Shown here one piece after another: positions 16,413-25,711 of a stretch of DNA of 64,000 bases. The first letter of the stretch is position 1, and the number at the start of each line of letters is the position of its first letter. Under the pieces are notes generated by a model, which saw only the letters and a program-made list of their open reading frames with translations, was not told the DNA's origin and searched no databases. The stretch lies in IMG/VR virus record IMGVR_UViG_3300013901_000014, positions 14,875 to 78,874 of that record, one strand, 5' to 3'. Position numbers and translations under genes: made by a program. The DNA is from a virus (taxonomy: Duplodnaviria; Caudoviricetes).

Positions 16413-16807
16413 TTCTTGCGGGCTTTGCAGATTATCAGTTTCGCACTGCCGGCCGACAGATAGAACCTTGGGGCGGGCTGCGCCACAACCTCGGCGCATA
16501 ACTCCGTTGTAGTCCAATCGGGGTGCAGCTCGCGCAGTTCCAGCACACGGCGGTATATCTCCATGAACATCTCACGCTTGAGCGGACGCATGCGCAAGTG
16601 CTTGCGCTCGCCGCGCATTATTGCGGCCACCACCACAGAGGCGCGTATGTCGGAGACCCAGAAGCGTTTGGCGGGCGACTCCACCACGGCCTGATAGATG
16701 TCGGGCATGCGGATTTGGGCGCACGCGGCGATGTGCCGGTCATACGTCCTCATAAGGTCGGCCACCCTTTCATCTGAATACTCCATCTTACTGCCAAAAT
16801 GCTTCAT
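16364..16807 (-). CDS. Conserved phage protein, possible small terminase or regulator
   Basis: 147-aa basic helical ORF heading the terminase operon (PAKRFWVS, PAPRFYLS repeats). Confidence 0.7.
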   Translation of the reverse strand: MKHFGSKMEYSDERVADLMRTYDRHIAACAQIRMPDIYQAVVESPAKRFWVSDIRASVVVAAIMRGERKHLRMRPLKREMFMEIYRRVLELRELHPDWTTTELCAEVVAQPAPRFYLSAGSAKLIICKARKKWREEKLKRLRLYGCL

Positions 16808-16885
16808 GCCTAACACGTTGATTTACCATAAAGTTAGCGATTTACAGCCGTAAGAAGATAAACAGACAGAGCCTATATGGGCGAT

Positions 16886-16893
16886 TAATTTTG
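16886..16893 (+). promoter_or_regulatory. -7 promoter box for the scaffold/capsid operon
   Basis: TAATTTTG 38 nt upstream of ATG 16931 in a divergent intergenic gap. Confidence 0.55.
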
Positions 16894-16930
16894 TGAAGAG
16901 AATTATTAACGCTACATACGAAATATAGAT

Positions 16931-17719
16931 ATGGCTGAAAATAAGGAAGTTAAGAGCAACCGCGACACGATGCTTGAGCGCATGCGCAACAAGTATCCCG
17001 ACGAGAACTTTGACGACGACGAAGCCTTGTACGGCAAAATCAATGCCGATTACGACGATTACGACAGCAAGCTGAAAGGCTACGAAAACGACAACAAAGT
17101 GTTGTCGGACATGTTCGCCGCGGACCCGAGAAGCGCGCAGTTCCTATCGTCGTGGCAGCAGGGCAAAGACCCCGCGATACAACTGGTGGAGCTGTTTGGC
17201 GATGACTTCGTAGACGAGTTGAAGAAGCCCGAGAAACAGGAGGAGCTTGCGCAGGCGAGCAAGGCGTTTGCCGAGCGCGTGGCGAAAGAGAAAGAGTACG
17301 AGCAGCAGTACAACGACAACATCGAGCAGACACGCAAAACCGTGGAGCAGATGCAGAAGGACGAAGGCCTGAGCGACGACGACATTGACCGCGCGATGGA
17401 GTTCCTCGTGAACGTGATGCAGGACGGCATTGTGGGCAAGTTCTCGCCCGAGAGCATACACATGGCGCTGAATGCGCTTGATCACGACAACGACGTGGAG
17501 CAGGCCGACCGCGAAGGAGAGGTGCGCGGACGCAACGCCAAGATTGAGGAGAAGCTGCGCAAGCCCAGAACCGGAGACGGCACAGCCGACCTTGCAGGCA
17601 AGAACGCAGGCGGCACAGGACTGCGGCAAGCGCCCGAACTTGGAGCGATAGGCCAGTACGGCGACGCCAACAAGAGCATTTGGGAGCGCGGAGGTTTCCG
17701 TCGCCGCTCAGGAAGATAA
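16931..17719 (+). CDS. Capsid scaffolding protein, phage A
   Basis: Acidic coiled-coil protein directly upstream of the capsid gene. Confidence 0.7.
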   Translation: MAENKEVKSNRDTMLERMRNKYPDENFDDDEALYGKINADYDDYDSKLKGYENDNKVLSDMFAADPRSAQFLSSWQQGKDPAIQLVELFGDDFVDELKKPEKQEELAQASKAFAERVAKEKEYEQQYNDNIEQTRKTVEQMQKDEGLSDDDIDRAMEFLVNVMQDGIVGKFSPESIHMALNALDHDNDVEQADREGEVRGRNAKIEEKLRKPRTGDGTADLAGKNAGGTGLRQAPELGAIGQYGDANKSIWERGGFRRRSGR

Positions 17720-17751
17720 CAACAATCACCATTTAAGAGAGACAGATAGAT

Positions 17752-19191
17752 ATGAACAAATTCAAGACAATTCTGAGCTTTATGCTCAACGGCCTGGCCA
17801 TGCTGGCCACGGCTGTAGTTAGCGCCTCGTGCGGAGTGATGATGGCCGATGCCACGGCACTGCCCGACGCAGGCAAGACAGAAGGCGGCAACGGCACCAC
17901 CGACCAGACCCCCGACGGCATTGCCACCGAGACCCGCGGACGCGCAGACGGCGACCCCGACTTCTACATGTCGGACGTAGACAAGCGCATTGTGAAAATC
18001 CGCCCCATGGCAACGCCCATCGACCAGATTTCGCGCTATGCGAAGTCGTCGAGCAGCAACAGCTTTGAGGTGAAGTATTACAGCGTGGGCACACGAGAAA
18101 TCAAGTGCAAGACCACCGCAGCCGTGGAGGAACAGACACAGGGCGCGAGTGTGAAGTTGAGCGTGGCCGACACCAACATGTTCACCCTCGACGACACAAT
18201 CCGCGTGGTTGGCGTCAAGGGCGTGACCAACGACAAGGGCGTGGCCTACAATCAGAAAGACCCCAACTGCCCCGACCTCGTGCTGTGCGTGTGCGGCAAG
18301 GACACCGAAACCAACATGCCCATCGTGTATGCCGTGAACGGCAACATGGACACTTCGAGCAAGCAGCCCATTCTTGTGCCCGCAATTCCCAACGGCACAA
18401 CACTGGTGCGCATGGGCAAGGCGTGTGGCGAGCTTGATGTGCAGACCGGCCGCTTCAACAACATACCCATGCCCGAGACCCAGTATTGCCAGAACTTCAT
18501 GATACAGGTGGAGCAGTCAACATTCGACAAGATTGCAGCCAAGGAGGTCAACTGGGGCTTCAGCGACGTGGAGGAAGACGGCATCTATGACATGCGTCTC
18601 GCAATGGAGAACAGCTTCCTCTTCGGTGTGAAGAACATGATTAAGCACGTGACCAAAGACGGCATGGCTACATGGTTCACCGGCGGCCTTTGGTGGATGG
18701 CCGGCAAGGACATTGAAGTGGGTACATGGGACGCCCAGAACAAGTGTGCCGTAATCAGCGACGACAACCTTGTGGACATCACAAAAGACCTGTTTGTGGG
18801 CACCGGCATCGGCAACAAGCAGAAGATTTTGTTCTGCGGTTCGGACATGCTTTCGGCATTCTCGAAAATCAAGAGCGAGAAATTCCGCCTCAAAGACACC
18901 GTGGAGGCATGGAACCTCAAGTTCAAAAGTTGGGATACCGACTTTGGCGAAGTGCTGACAATCCACCACGAGCTGTTTGACGTGAACGGAATGAGCGACT
19001 GCGGCTTTGCAATGGACCCCGAGTATTTATCGAAGAAGACCCACGTGAGCTGGGCGCGCAACGTGCTCGACCTGCAAAAGGCCGGCATCCGCCGCACCGA
19101 TGCAGTGGTGATTCAAGAGGTGTCGTGCCTCTATCTGCGATATGCCAAGGCCCATGCGCGCCTGAGACTTGCGCAGGCCCCCACAGAGTAG
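17752..19191 (+). CDS. Major capsid protein, phage A
   Basis: 479 aa, strong codon bias, position after scaffold and before a strong terminator; resembles DUF5309/SU10-type capsid proteins (YCQNFMIQVE, KSWDTDFG). Confidence 0.75.
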   Translation: MNKFKTILSFMLNGLAMLATAVVSASCGVMMADATALPDAGKTEGGNGTTDQTPDGIATETRGRADGDPDFYMSDVDKRIVKIRPMATPIDQISRYAKSSSSNSFEVKYYSVGTREIKCKTTAAVEEQTQGASVKLSVADTNMFTLDDTIRVVGVKGVTNDKGVAYNQKDPNCPDLVLCVCGKDTETNMPIVYAVNGNMDTSSKQPILVPAIPNGTTLVRMGKACGELDVQTGRFNNIPMPETQYCQNFMIQVEQSTFDKIAAKEVNWGFSDVEEDGIYDMRLAMENSFLFGVKNMIKHVTKDGMATWFTGGLWWMAGKDIEVGTWDAQNKCAVISDDNLVDITKDLFVGTGIGNKQKILFCGSDMLSAFSKIKSEKFRLKDTVEAWNLKFKSWDTDFGEVLTIHHELFDVNGMSDCGFAMDPEYLSKKTHVSWARNVLDLQKAGIRRTDAVVIQEVSCLYLRYAKAHARLRLAQAPTE

Positions 19192-19213
19192 CCTTCATAT
19201 AGAGTAAATAACC

Positions 19214-19259
19214 GACGCGTGGCGGACGGACAACGAGCCGCCGCCACGCGTCATTTTTT
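19214..19259 (+). terminator. Intrinsic terminator after capsid gene
   Basis: GACGCGTGGCGG / CCGCCACGCGTC 12-bp stem then ATTTTTT. Confidence 0.85.
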
Positions 19260-19270
19260 CAACAAGCGAT

Positions 19271-19648
19271 ATGATAAAGACATACAAATCAAATTCAAGC
19301 ATAAGCATCAGCGTGGTGCTGCCCGGTACCGGCAAGAGCCTGCATGTGGCGTTCTCACCGCTGAGCGACGGCAGCAGCACATTCGCGACCGCCGACGCCA
19401 ACATACAGAAAGCCATTGAGCGCCATTACAGATTTGGCTCAATGTTCTTTGAGATTGAGACCCCCAAGGAACCCGAGAGAGTGCAGCAAAAAAAAGAGCA
19501 GAAGCCGCTGACAGTGAAGGTTACAGACCTCGACTCCGCAAAAGACTACCTCGCCGAGACCTATGGCGTGAGCCGCACACAGCTACGCACGCAACGTGCC
19601 ATAGAAGCAGCGGCAGCGGCCAACGGAATTGTGTTTGAGGGCATTTAA
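19271..19648 (+). CDS. Hypothetical head-associated protein
   Basis: 125-aa ORF in structural operon with matching codon usage. Confidence 0.7.
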   Translation: MIKTYKSNSSISISVVLPGTGKSLHVAFSPLSDGSSTFATADANIQKAIERHYRFGSMFFEIETPKEPERVQQKKEQKPLTVKVTDLDSAKDYLAETYGVSRTQLRTQRAIEAAAAANGIVFEGI

Positions 19649-19662
19649 CGCACGGCCGCACT

Positions 19663-20298
19663 ATGGTGTACAAACTTGATGACGTGTTGCGCGATGTGCG
19701 CGTGGCCCTCGACCGCAACGGAGTTTCGGCCCCGCTGATAGAAGAGGGAGACATCGACACATTGTCGCTGAACGAAGTGATACGCAGCAAGGTGGTTGAA
19801 GCCGCGCGCCGCATAGAGTCGGAAGCCCCCGCGCACCTGCTGGAGGGCGGCCACACATTCGGAGATGCGGTGTATTGGGCCGACAAAGGCTGCGGCTGGG
19901 TGCTGCTGCCCGACGACTTCATGCGGCTTATAGTGTTTGAGATGAGCGACTGGGAGCGGCCCGTGTACAGCGCCCTATCGGCAGACGATGCGCGGTTTGC
20001 GCTGACACACAGCCGCTACAAAGGACTGCGCGGCACACCGCAGCGTCCCGTGTGCTCCATAGTGTACCGCCCCGAAGGCCGCGCACTTGAATTCTGCTCG
20101 TGCAAAGACGAGACAGCCCAAGTCGCGCAAGGCAACTATCTGCCCTATCCCAAGACAGACGACAATGGCGGAATAGACCTGTGTGAGCGCTGCTACACCG
20201 CAATCGTGTATCAGACCGCGGCGCTTGTGGCAATGACATACGAAGAGACCGACAAAGGTTCGGCGTTAAACGAATTAGCTAAATCAGCATTAATATGA
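19663..20298 (+). CDS. Putative head-tail adaptor/stabilisation protein
   Basis: 211 aa between capsid and tailspike; overlaps next start. Confidence 0.6.
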   Translation: MVYKLDDVLRDVRVALDRNGVSAPLIEEGDIDTLSLNEVIRSKVVEAARRIESEAPAHLLEGGHTFGDAVYWADKGCGWVLLPDDFMRLIVFEMSDWERPVYSALSADDARFALTHSRYKGLRGTPQRPVCSIVYRPEGRALEFCSCKDETAQVAQGNYLPYPKTDDNGGIDLCERCYTAIVYQTAALVAMTYEETDKGSALNELAKSALI

Positions 20299-23200
20299 GT
20301 TCCATACCTACAAAAGAATTGGCGGGCGACATCAGCGTGGGACGCAACGCCACAATGGGCGGTGACGCCACCGTGCGCGGCAAACTCACCATCGGGCATA
20401 ACCTGAAAGTGGAGGGGTGGCTTGACGCGGCCAACATCAAAGGGCCGTCGAAAGGGCTGTTCGCCACACTCGACAACCTGAAAGAGGCGTACCCACTACC
20501 AACGGCCGGCTGGTGGGCGCTGGTGGGCGACACACTGCCGGCAGCCGTCTACATTGTGAAAGACGGCGTGTGGACCGCCACCGGCAAGACCGGCGGCACA
20601 ACCACGATAAGCAGCGACGAGATAGACAAGCTGCGAACCGAAGCCAACAGCGCGCAGGCCATAGGAGAAGACAACGCCAAGGCCATCACAAAACTGCAAA
20701 CCGACTTCCAAAGCGGACAGGCCGAGCAGAATGTGAAGATAGCCAACAACGCCAGCGACATCACCGAGCTGAAAGAGACCACGGCAACGCACGGCACGGA
20801 GATAGCGGACATATACACCGACACAATCAAGCGGCCAGGCGACTTTGTGCTGACCGCAGCCAGCGCGGCTGTGCCCTCATCGGCCACGCGCGCATATATT
20901 GGGGCGGCAGTAAACCCGTCATCGGAGCTGAGCATAACCATTCCCGCAGGCGTGGAACTCGCATTCGGGCGCGACGGCAAACTCGGAGCCAACGTCAAAC
21001 TGAAACTGAACAGCACAAAGATAGTGGCGCGCCCCGACCAGCAGATATTTACGGCTGGCTGCAAAGTGAGCGGCCCGTTCAACTGCCCCTATATTCCCGT
21101 GGAGTGGTGGGGGGCCAAGGGCGACGGCGTGACAGACGACACAGAAGCCATCAACAACGCCATCAAGTACGCCGGCCGCACGACTGTGCTGCTCGCCGCA
21201 GAACGTTATTACGTGGCCGGCACGGTGCGCATAGTGGAGGGCGAGAGCGACAAGAGTTATTACGACGAGTCGGACGACCAGAACTATATGACCGACGGCA
21301 TGTATGGCCAGAACGTGCTGGTGCGCGGTTCGATATGGGGGGGCAAGGCAGCTTCGCCAGTTTTGTATATAGACCAAAGCAGCCTCACACTGGAAGTGCG
21401 TGGAGCCGTAGTGTGCCACAAAGATGCCGACTGCGCAGTGTGGGCCAACACCGAGCGCAGCACCGACATATACATTAACCGCATAGGGCGTGCGCGAGAC
21501 TACACACAAGGCGTGCAGTCGGAGGACGACATCACCAAGTACGGCTTTGGCAAAGGCACGGCATTCCGCCACTATGGAGGCCGCGGTGCGCGCATCTGCA
21601 TCAATACCATATTCGGCTTCAAGTATGGTTACAACGCTTCGACAGACGATGCCGACTACTACATAGGCTGGATGTGTAACGAGATAAAGCTTGGCAACGT
21701 GGTGTGCAGTTACCCGATATACGTGCATCTTGCCGAGAACGGCCCGAGCGTGAACCGCAACCAATCGTTCTTTAACAGCAACAGCATAAGGCTGCAAGCG
21801 TCGGTAGTTGGCTGGAAACCCAAAGTGCAGGCACAGATAGCCTCCGAGGACCACGACACCGCCGTGCTGACAATGGTAGACGAGACAGGGTGGCCAAGCG
21901 CAAAAATATCGGACTGCGATGTGGAGATAATGGCGCTGGACTGCGCATGCTACAAGGTGTGCCACGTGCAGCGCACAGCCATGCTGAGCATCACGGCCCG
22001 CGGAGCATACAACGACGTGGCCGGCATGGGTGGAGTGAACGGCGATGCAATGCGCGCGTGCTGCAACAACCAAGCCCCCTACTCCGACACGCGCAAAATC
22101 GTGGAGTTCATCGACAGCGAGCAGACCCGCTACATAGTGCAGGGCACCCCAACCCCACCCGAGGCAATGCTGGTGAAAGGCTGCCGAGACTTTCGCACCA
22201 ACATATTGCAGAACTACTACAACCTTGACCAATGGTTTATACTCGTCCCAGAAAACTTCTGGTATGCCGCGAGCTTCGAGCCGGCCTCACTGCTTGAAAC
22301 ACTTGGAGGCGACACAAGCAAGAACTCCCTTGCCGCCAACGGACAGGCAATGTTTATTGACAGCGGCTGTCTTGACAAGTGGAACGTAACCACAATATCG
22401 AGCGAAAAGGAAGCGACAAGCGACGGCTTATATCAACTGAAGCGCGACAGCAGCCGCGTGTGCGCCGTGCTTGAAGTGAAGTCGGGTGTCAAGCATTGGA
22501 TAGGCTATGTGATACCTAACGGTGAGCGCGGCCCGATGGGACCGCAAGGCCCCAAGGGAGACAAAGGAGATACCGGGCCGCAAGGCAGCACCGGCCCAAA
22601 GGGCGACACCGGCGCGCAAGGCCCGAAAGGTTCGCAAGGCGATAAGGGTGATACCGGAGCCAAAGGTGACCAAGGTGAAAAGGGTGACACTGGAGCGAAG
22701 GGTGACCCGGGCAACGATGCTGTGGTGTACAGGCTGCTGCCTGGGGCGCTTGTGTACAAGGCGGACACGACGGCAATCACCTTGTCGCTGCTGAAGACGG
22801 AGGGCGAGAGCACCACGACTGCGGAGCTGCCGAGCGGCTGGCGTGTGGTGGTCAGTTGGAATGCCACGGGTGGGCTGACGAAGAGCGCCACGCTGAGCAC
22901 GCTGGCGGCTGTAAACCCGAACTCGCTGGCTGGGGCGACGAGCGTGCAGTTGGCGCTGTTCACGGCCGACCCAGAGGCGAGCGGCAGCAGTGCGCAGCTC
23001 GTGGACAGCGCCACGATGCTGCTGGTGGCTGACGGCCTCAAGGGCGACAAAGGGGATGACGGCACGCTGACCAACTACCCGATTGAGGCGGTAAGCGGAG
23101 GCGAGATTGTGCTGAGCGACATTTATCCCAACCGCATCTACAAGGGCGGCACGTGTACGACAGTGAGCGTTGATGTGGTGCATTACAGCGATGGCACAAG

Positions 23201-23393
23201 CGGCAGCGACTTCAGCGCCCACGGGGGCGTGGCCGATGAATACGTGCTTGACTTCGTTGCGGGGGCGAGCTGCAACGTTTCGCTGCCCGCCTCGCTCAAG
23301 TGGGCGTTCACCCCCTCGTTTGACGAGGGCAAGCGCTACGTGATTAGCATAGTTGACAACCTCGCCATTGCGGCAGAGTTTAACGGGGAGTAG
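20295..23393 (+). CDS. Tailspike/tail fibre with pectate-lyase-3-like beta-helix and collagen-like repeats
   Basis: VEWWGAKGDGVTDDTEAINNAI motif; G-X-Y run at ~22522-22712; module shared with phage B fibre. Confidence 0.85.
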   Translation: MSSIPTKELAGDISVGRNATMGGDATVRGKLTIGHNLKVEGWLDAANIKGPSKGLFATLDNLKEAYPLPTAGWWALVGDTLPAAVYIVKDGVWTATGKTGGTTTISSDEIDKLRTEANSAQAIGEDNAKAITKLQTDFQSGQAEQNVKIANNASDITELKETTATHGTEIADIYTDTIKRPGDFVLTAASAAVPSSATRAYIGAAVNPSSELSITIPAGVELAFGRDGKLGANVKLKLNSTKIVARPDQQIFTAGCKVSGPFNCPYIPVEWWGAKGDGVTDDTEAINNAIKYAGRTTVLLAAERYYVAGTVRIVEGESDKSYYDESDDQNYMTDGMYGQNVLVRGSIWGGKAASPVLYIDQSSLTLEVRGAVVCHKDADCAVWANTERSTDIYINRIGRARDYTQGVQSEDDITKYGFGKGTAFRHYGGRGARICINTIFGFKYGYNASTDDADYYIGWMCNEIKLGNVVCSYPIYVHLAENGPSVNRNQSFFNSNSIRLQASVVGWKPKVQAQIASEDHDTAVLTMVDETGWPSAKISDCDVEIMALDCACYKVCHVQRTAMLSITARGAYNDVAGMGGVNGDAMRACCNNQAPYSDTRKIVEFIDSEQTRYIVQGTPTPPEAMLVKGCRDFRTNILQNYYNLDQWFILVPENFWYAASFEPASLLETLGGDTSKNSLAANGQAMFIDSGCLDKWNVTTISSEKEATSDGLYQLKRDSSRVCAVLEVKSGVKHWIGYVIPNGERGPMGPQGPKGDKGDTGPQGSTGPKGDTGAQGPKGSQGDKGDTGAKGDQGEKGDTGAKGDPGNDAVVYRLLPGALVYKADTTAITLSLLKTEGESTTTAELPSGWRVVVSWNATGGLTKSATLSTLAAVNPNSLAGATSVQLALFTADPEASGSSAQLVDSATMLLVADGLKGDKGDDGTLTNYPIEAVSGGEIVLSDIYPNRIYKGGTCTTVSVDVVHYSDGTSGSDFSAHGGVADEYVLDFVAGASCNVSLPASLKWAFTPSFDEGKRYVISIVDNLAIAAEFNGE
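22716..23057 (+). repeat. ~340-bp direct repeat, copy 1 (shared fibre module)
   Basis: Aligns ungapped to 62648-62989 (offset 39932); about 25 mismatches in the first ~320 bp by manual count. Confidence 0.95.
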
Positions 23394-23396
23394 CCT

Positions 23397-24104
23397 ATGA
23401 GCCAGCTAAGGAGATTTTTAATGAGCAAGCCGCTACCGAGCGTGATAGACGGCTACGTGCGTGACGGCCTCGTGCTGTGCTTTGACGGATACCAGCCGCC
23501 CAGCGGTGGCGTGTGGAAAGACCTCAGCGGCAGCGGAAATGATATGATACAAGGGAGCGCAACGGCCTATGACGAGGTTAACCACTGCTGCGCCTTTACA
23601 ACGTCAGACAACTATACCACGGGCGTTGTGCCGCACCCGCTGCTTGTAACCGTAGAGGTAGTTGTGAGTATGACGGGTTATTGCATCATTTACAGGTCGA
23701 AAACTGCACCGTGGCCGTATCAGCCGGAATTGTTTTTCGGCAATTTTTTGTATTTAGCATACAACAAGGCGTCAGGTAGCGGCATTGCATACGTCAATCT
23801 GCCCACGTTGGTATCTGTTGTGCCGACCGATGACGCCAGCCAGCCGAGCATTTATCAGATTTGGCAGAATGACACGCAGAGCGGGGCGTGGTCATATCGC
23901 TATGACGAAAAAAAGGCTTGGCAGAGCGGGCCTGGGGCCCGAAACGCAGATATGGCCGAGACGGACGGACAAATCCTATTTGGCGACGTGTCGAGCGGCA
24001 ACACGCTGCGCATTTATGCCCTGCGCATATACAACCGCTGCCTCTCGCAAGACGAGATGGCGGCAAATCGAGAACTCGACATTAAAAGATTTAACATAAT
24101 ATGA
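23397..24104 (+). CDS. LamG/concanavalin-A-like lectin-fold tail accessory protein
   Basis: GLVLCFDG...WKDLSGSGND N-terminus and IYALRIYNRCLSQDEMAAN C-terminus; lower GC. Confidence 0.75.
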   Translation: MSQLRRFLMSKPLPSVIDGYVRDGLVLCFDGYQPPSGGVWKDLSGSGNDMIQGSATAYDEVNHCCAFTTSDNYTTGVVPHPLLVTVEVVVSMTGYCIIYRSKTAPWPYQPELFFGNFLYLAYNKASGSGIAYVNLPTLVSVVPTDDASQPSIYQIWQNDTQSGAWSYRYDEKKAWQSGPGARNADMAETDGQILFGDVSSGNTLRIYALRIYNRCLSQDEMAANRELDIKRFNII

Positions 24105-24433
24105 CACACTACGAGAGAGAGGGCGAGCGGTTCACGCAGCCGCTCATCACCGCCAACGGGCGGCAGATTTTCAACCCCACGGCCGAGCAGATGGCCGCTG
24201 AGGGGTGGGTGCTAACAGAGGACACGGCCACCGAGCCGACAGCCGAGGACAAGGCACGGCAGCGCATTGCCGAGCTGGAGGAGCAGTTGAGGGCGAACGA
24301 CTACAAGGTCATCAAGTGCTTTGAGGCGCAGGCCACGGGCGGCACAATGCCATACGACATTGCCGCACTGCACGCTGAGAGAGAGGCGGCACGCAGCGAG
24401 ATTAACGAGCTGCAACAGAAGTTTAACGTTTAA
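24101..24433 (+). CDS. Small tail-associated protein (C-terminus shared with 63767 gene)
   Basis: RIAELEEQLRANDYKVIKCFEAQATGGTMPYDIAALHAER. Confidence 0.8.
   Translation: MTHYEREGERFTQPLITANGRQIFNPTAEQMAAEGWVLTEDTATEPTAEDKARQRIAELEEQLRANDYKVIKCFEAQATGGTMPYDIAALHAEREAARSEINELQQKFNV
24262..24388 (+). repeat. >=127-bp direct repeat, copy 1
   Basis: Matches 63874-64000 (offset 39612) with 4 mismatches, last ~69 bp identical. Confidence 0.95.
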
Positions 24434-24446
24434 CAAGGAGGTTCCT

Positions 24447-24755
24447 ATGTACATTGTATTATCGGTATTGGGCCTCGCCGTGGTAGCCTTCGGGTTTGCA
24501 TTCGCGGCGGAGCGGCAAAACAAACTCGCAGCCATTAGCGAGATCATGCGCAAGCGGCACATCATCGAGGCGCAGCGCGAGCAACTCGAGAGCATCAAGG
24601 AGATGCTCAAGAACGCACGCAGCCAGGAGGACGAGGCGAGCGCCGAGGCGGCCGCACTGAAGGCAAAGCTCTCACGCAAGAGCTGTGGCACATCGAAATC
24701 AAAGAAGGCCAGAGGCGGTGCACAGCCGAGGGCCATTAATTCACATATTGTTTAA
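24447..24755 (+). CDS. N-terminally anchored coiled-coil membrane protein (spanin-like topology)
   Basis: MYIVLSVLGLAVVAFGFAFA TM helix followed by coiled coil; ATG 24447. Confidence 0.6.
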   Translation: MYIVLSVLGLAVVAFGFAFAAERQNKLAAISEIMRKRHIIEAQREQLESIKEMLKNARSQEDEASAEAAALKAKLSRKSCGTSKSKKARGGAQPRAINSHIV

Positions 24756-24772
24756 TTCTTAAATTTTTTCTT

Positions 24773-25603
24773 ATGGACTCTGAAAAAATCTATTGCACCG
24801 ATTGCAGAAGCAACGACGCGCTGTGAGCAGCCACAATGGCCAACAGCAGGAACAACAACGACCCGATGGCCATGGCGGCCATGATGAACGGCGGAATGGG
24901 CAACCAGTGGAACAACCCCTTCATCTACCTCGTGTGGATGATGTTTGCCCGCCGGATGTGGGGCGACGAGGGCGGCAACGTCCAGAACGCCGAAATCCAG
25001 GGGCAGCTCAACGCGCTGCGCACCCAGATGAGCGACAACCAGAACGCGAGCAACATCATCGACGCGGTGAAGGGCGTGGGCTGCAACGTAAGCCAGCTGG
25101 CCGCGAACCTGAACTGCGACTTCAACACGCTGAATGCAGCCATTTGCGACGTCCGCGGCGGCATCGACCGCCTCGGCGGGGCTGTGGGCATGAGCGCCGA
25201 GCGCGTAATCAACGCCATCGGCACGGGCAACCTCAACCTCGTGCAACAGCTGAAGGACTGCTGCTGCACCACACAGCAGAACATCACGCGCATGGGCTAT
25301 GAGAACCAGCTCGGCCAGAAGGACATCATCAACACGATGCAGTCGGGCTTCGACCGCACCAACACCGGCCTCGAGCGTGGCTTCTCGGCCCTGGGCTATC
25401 AGATGGCCACAGACAAGTGCGACATTCTGCGCAGCAACCAAGACAGCACGCAGCGCATCATCGACACGCTGAACCAGCACTGGCAGGCCGACCTCCAGCA
25501 GCGCTACAACGACGCGCGCCTGGAACTGAGCCAGCAGCGCCAGAACGCGACGCTGATCGCAGCGCTCAAGACCACCACGACGACGGCAGCCGCGGGCGCA
25601 TGA
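24773..25603 (+). CDS. Conserved gut-phage coiled-coil protein (DCCC motif) with in-frame TGA at 24824
   Basis: MDSEKIYCTDCRSNDAL*AATMANS...; ORF track starts at ATG 24836, upstream ATG 24773 is in frame. Confidence 0.7.
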
Positions 25604-25631
25604 CGCACCCGGCCGCCACGGCTGAATGAAT

Positions 25632-25684
25632 AAAAACGCCCGCGCTCACGAGCGCATGGCTCAGAACGCGGGCGTGTTTTTTTA
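25632..25684. terminator. Bidirectional-type intrinsic terminator
   Basis: AAAAACGCCCGCG ... CGCGGGCGTGTTTTTTT. Confidence 0.7.
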
Positions 25685-25711
25685 TGGACTCTAAAAAACA
25701 TTTGCGAAGTT

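Larger units (their letters stand above)
1..24388. mobile_element. Phage A (podovirus-like Bacteroidales phage/prophage), structural region, left end outside window
   Basis: Giant polyvalent protein, portal, terminase, scaffold, capsid, adaptor and tailspike; no tape measure or tail tube genes in this part. Confidence 0.85.

Noticed and set aside
13825-16807. Invertible (phase-variable) segment
   Set aside because: No flanking inverted repeats seen and no invertase gene
24824-24826. Genome-wide TGA recoding
   Set aside because: TGA is clearly used as stop in many ATGA/TGATG gene overlaps (13025, 31137, 32858, 36705, 57959), so code 11 holds
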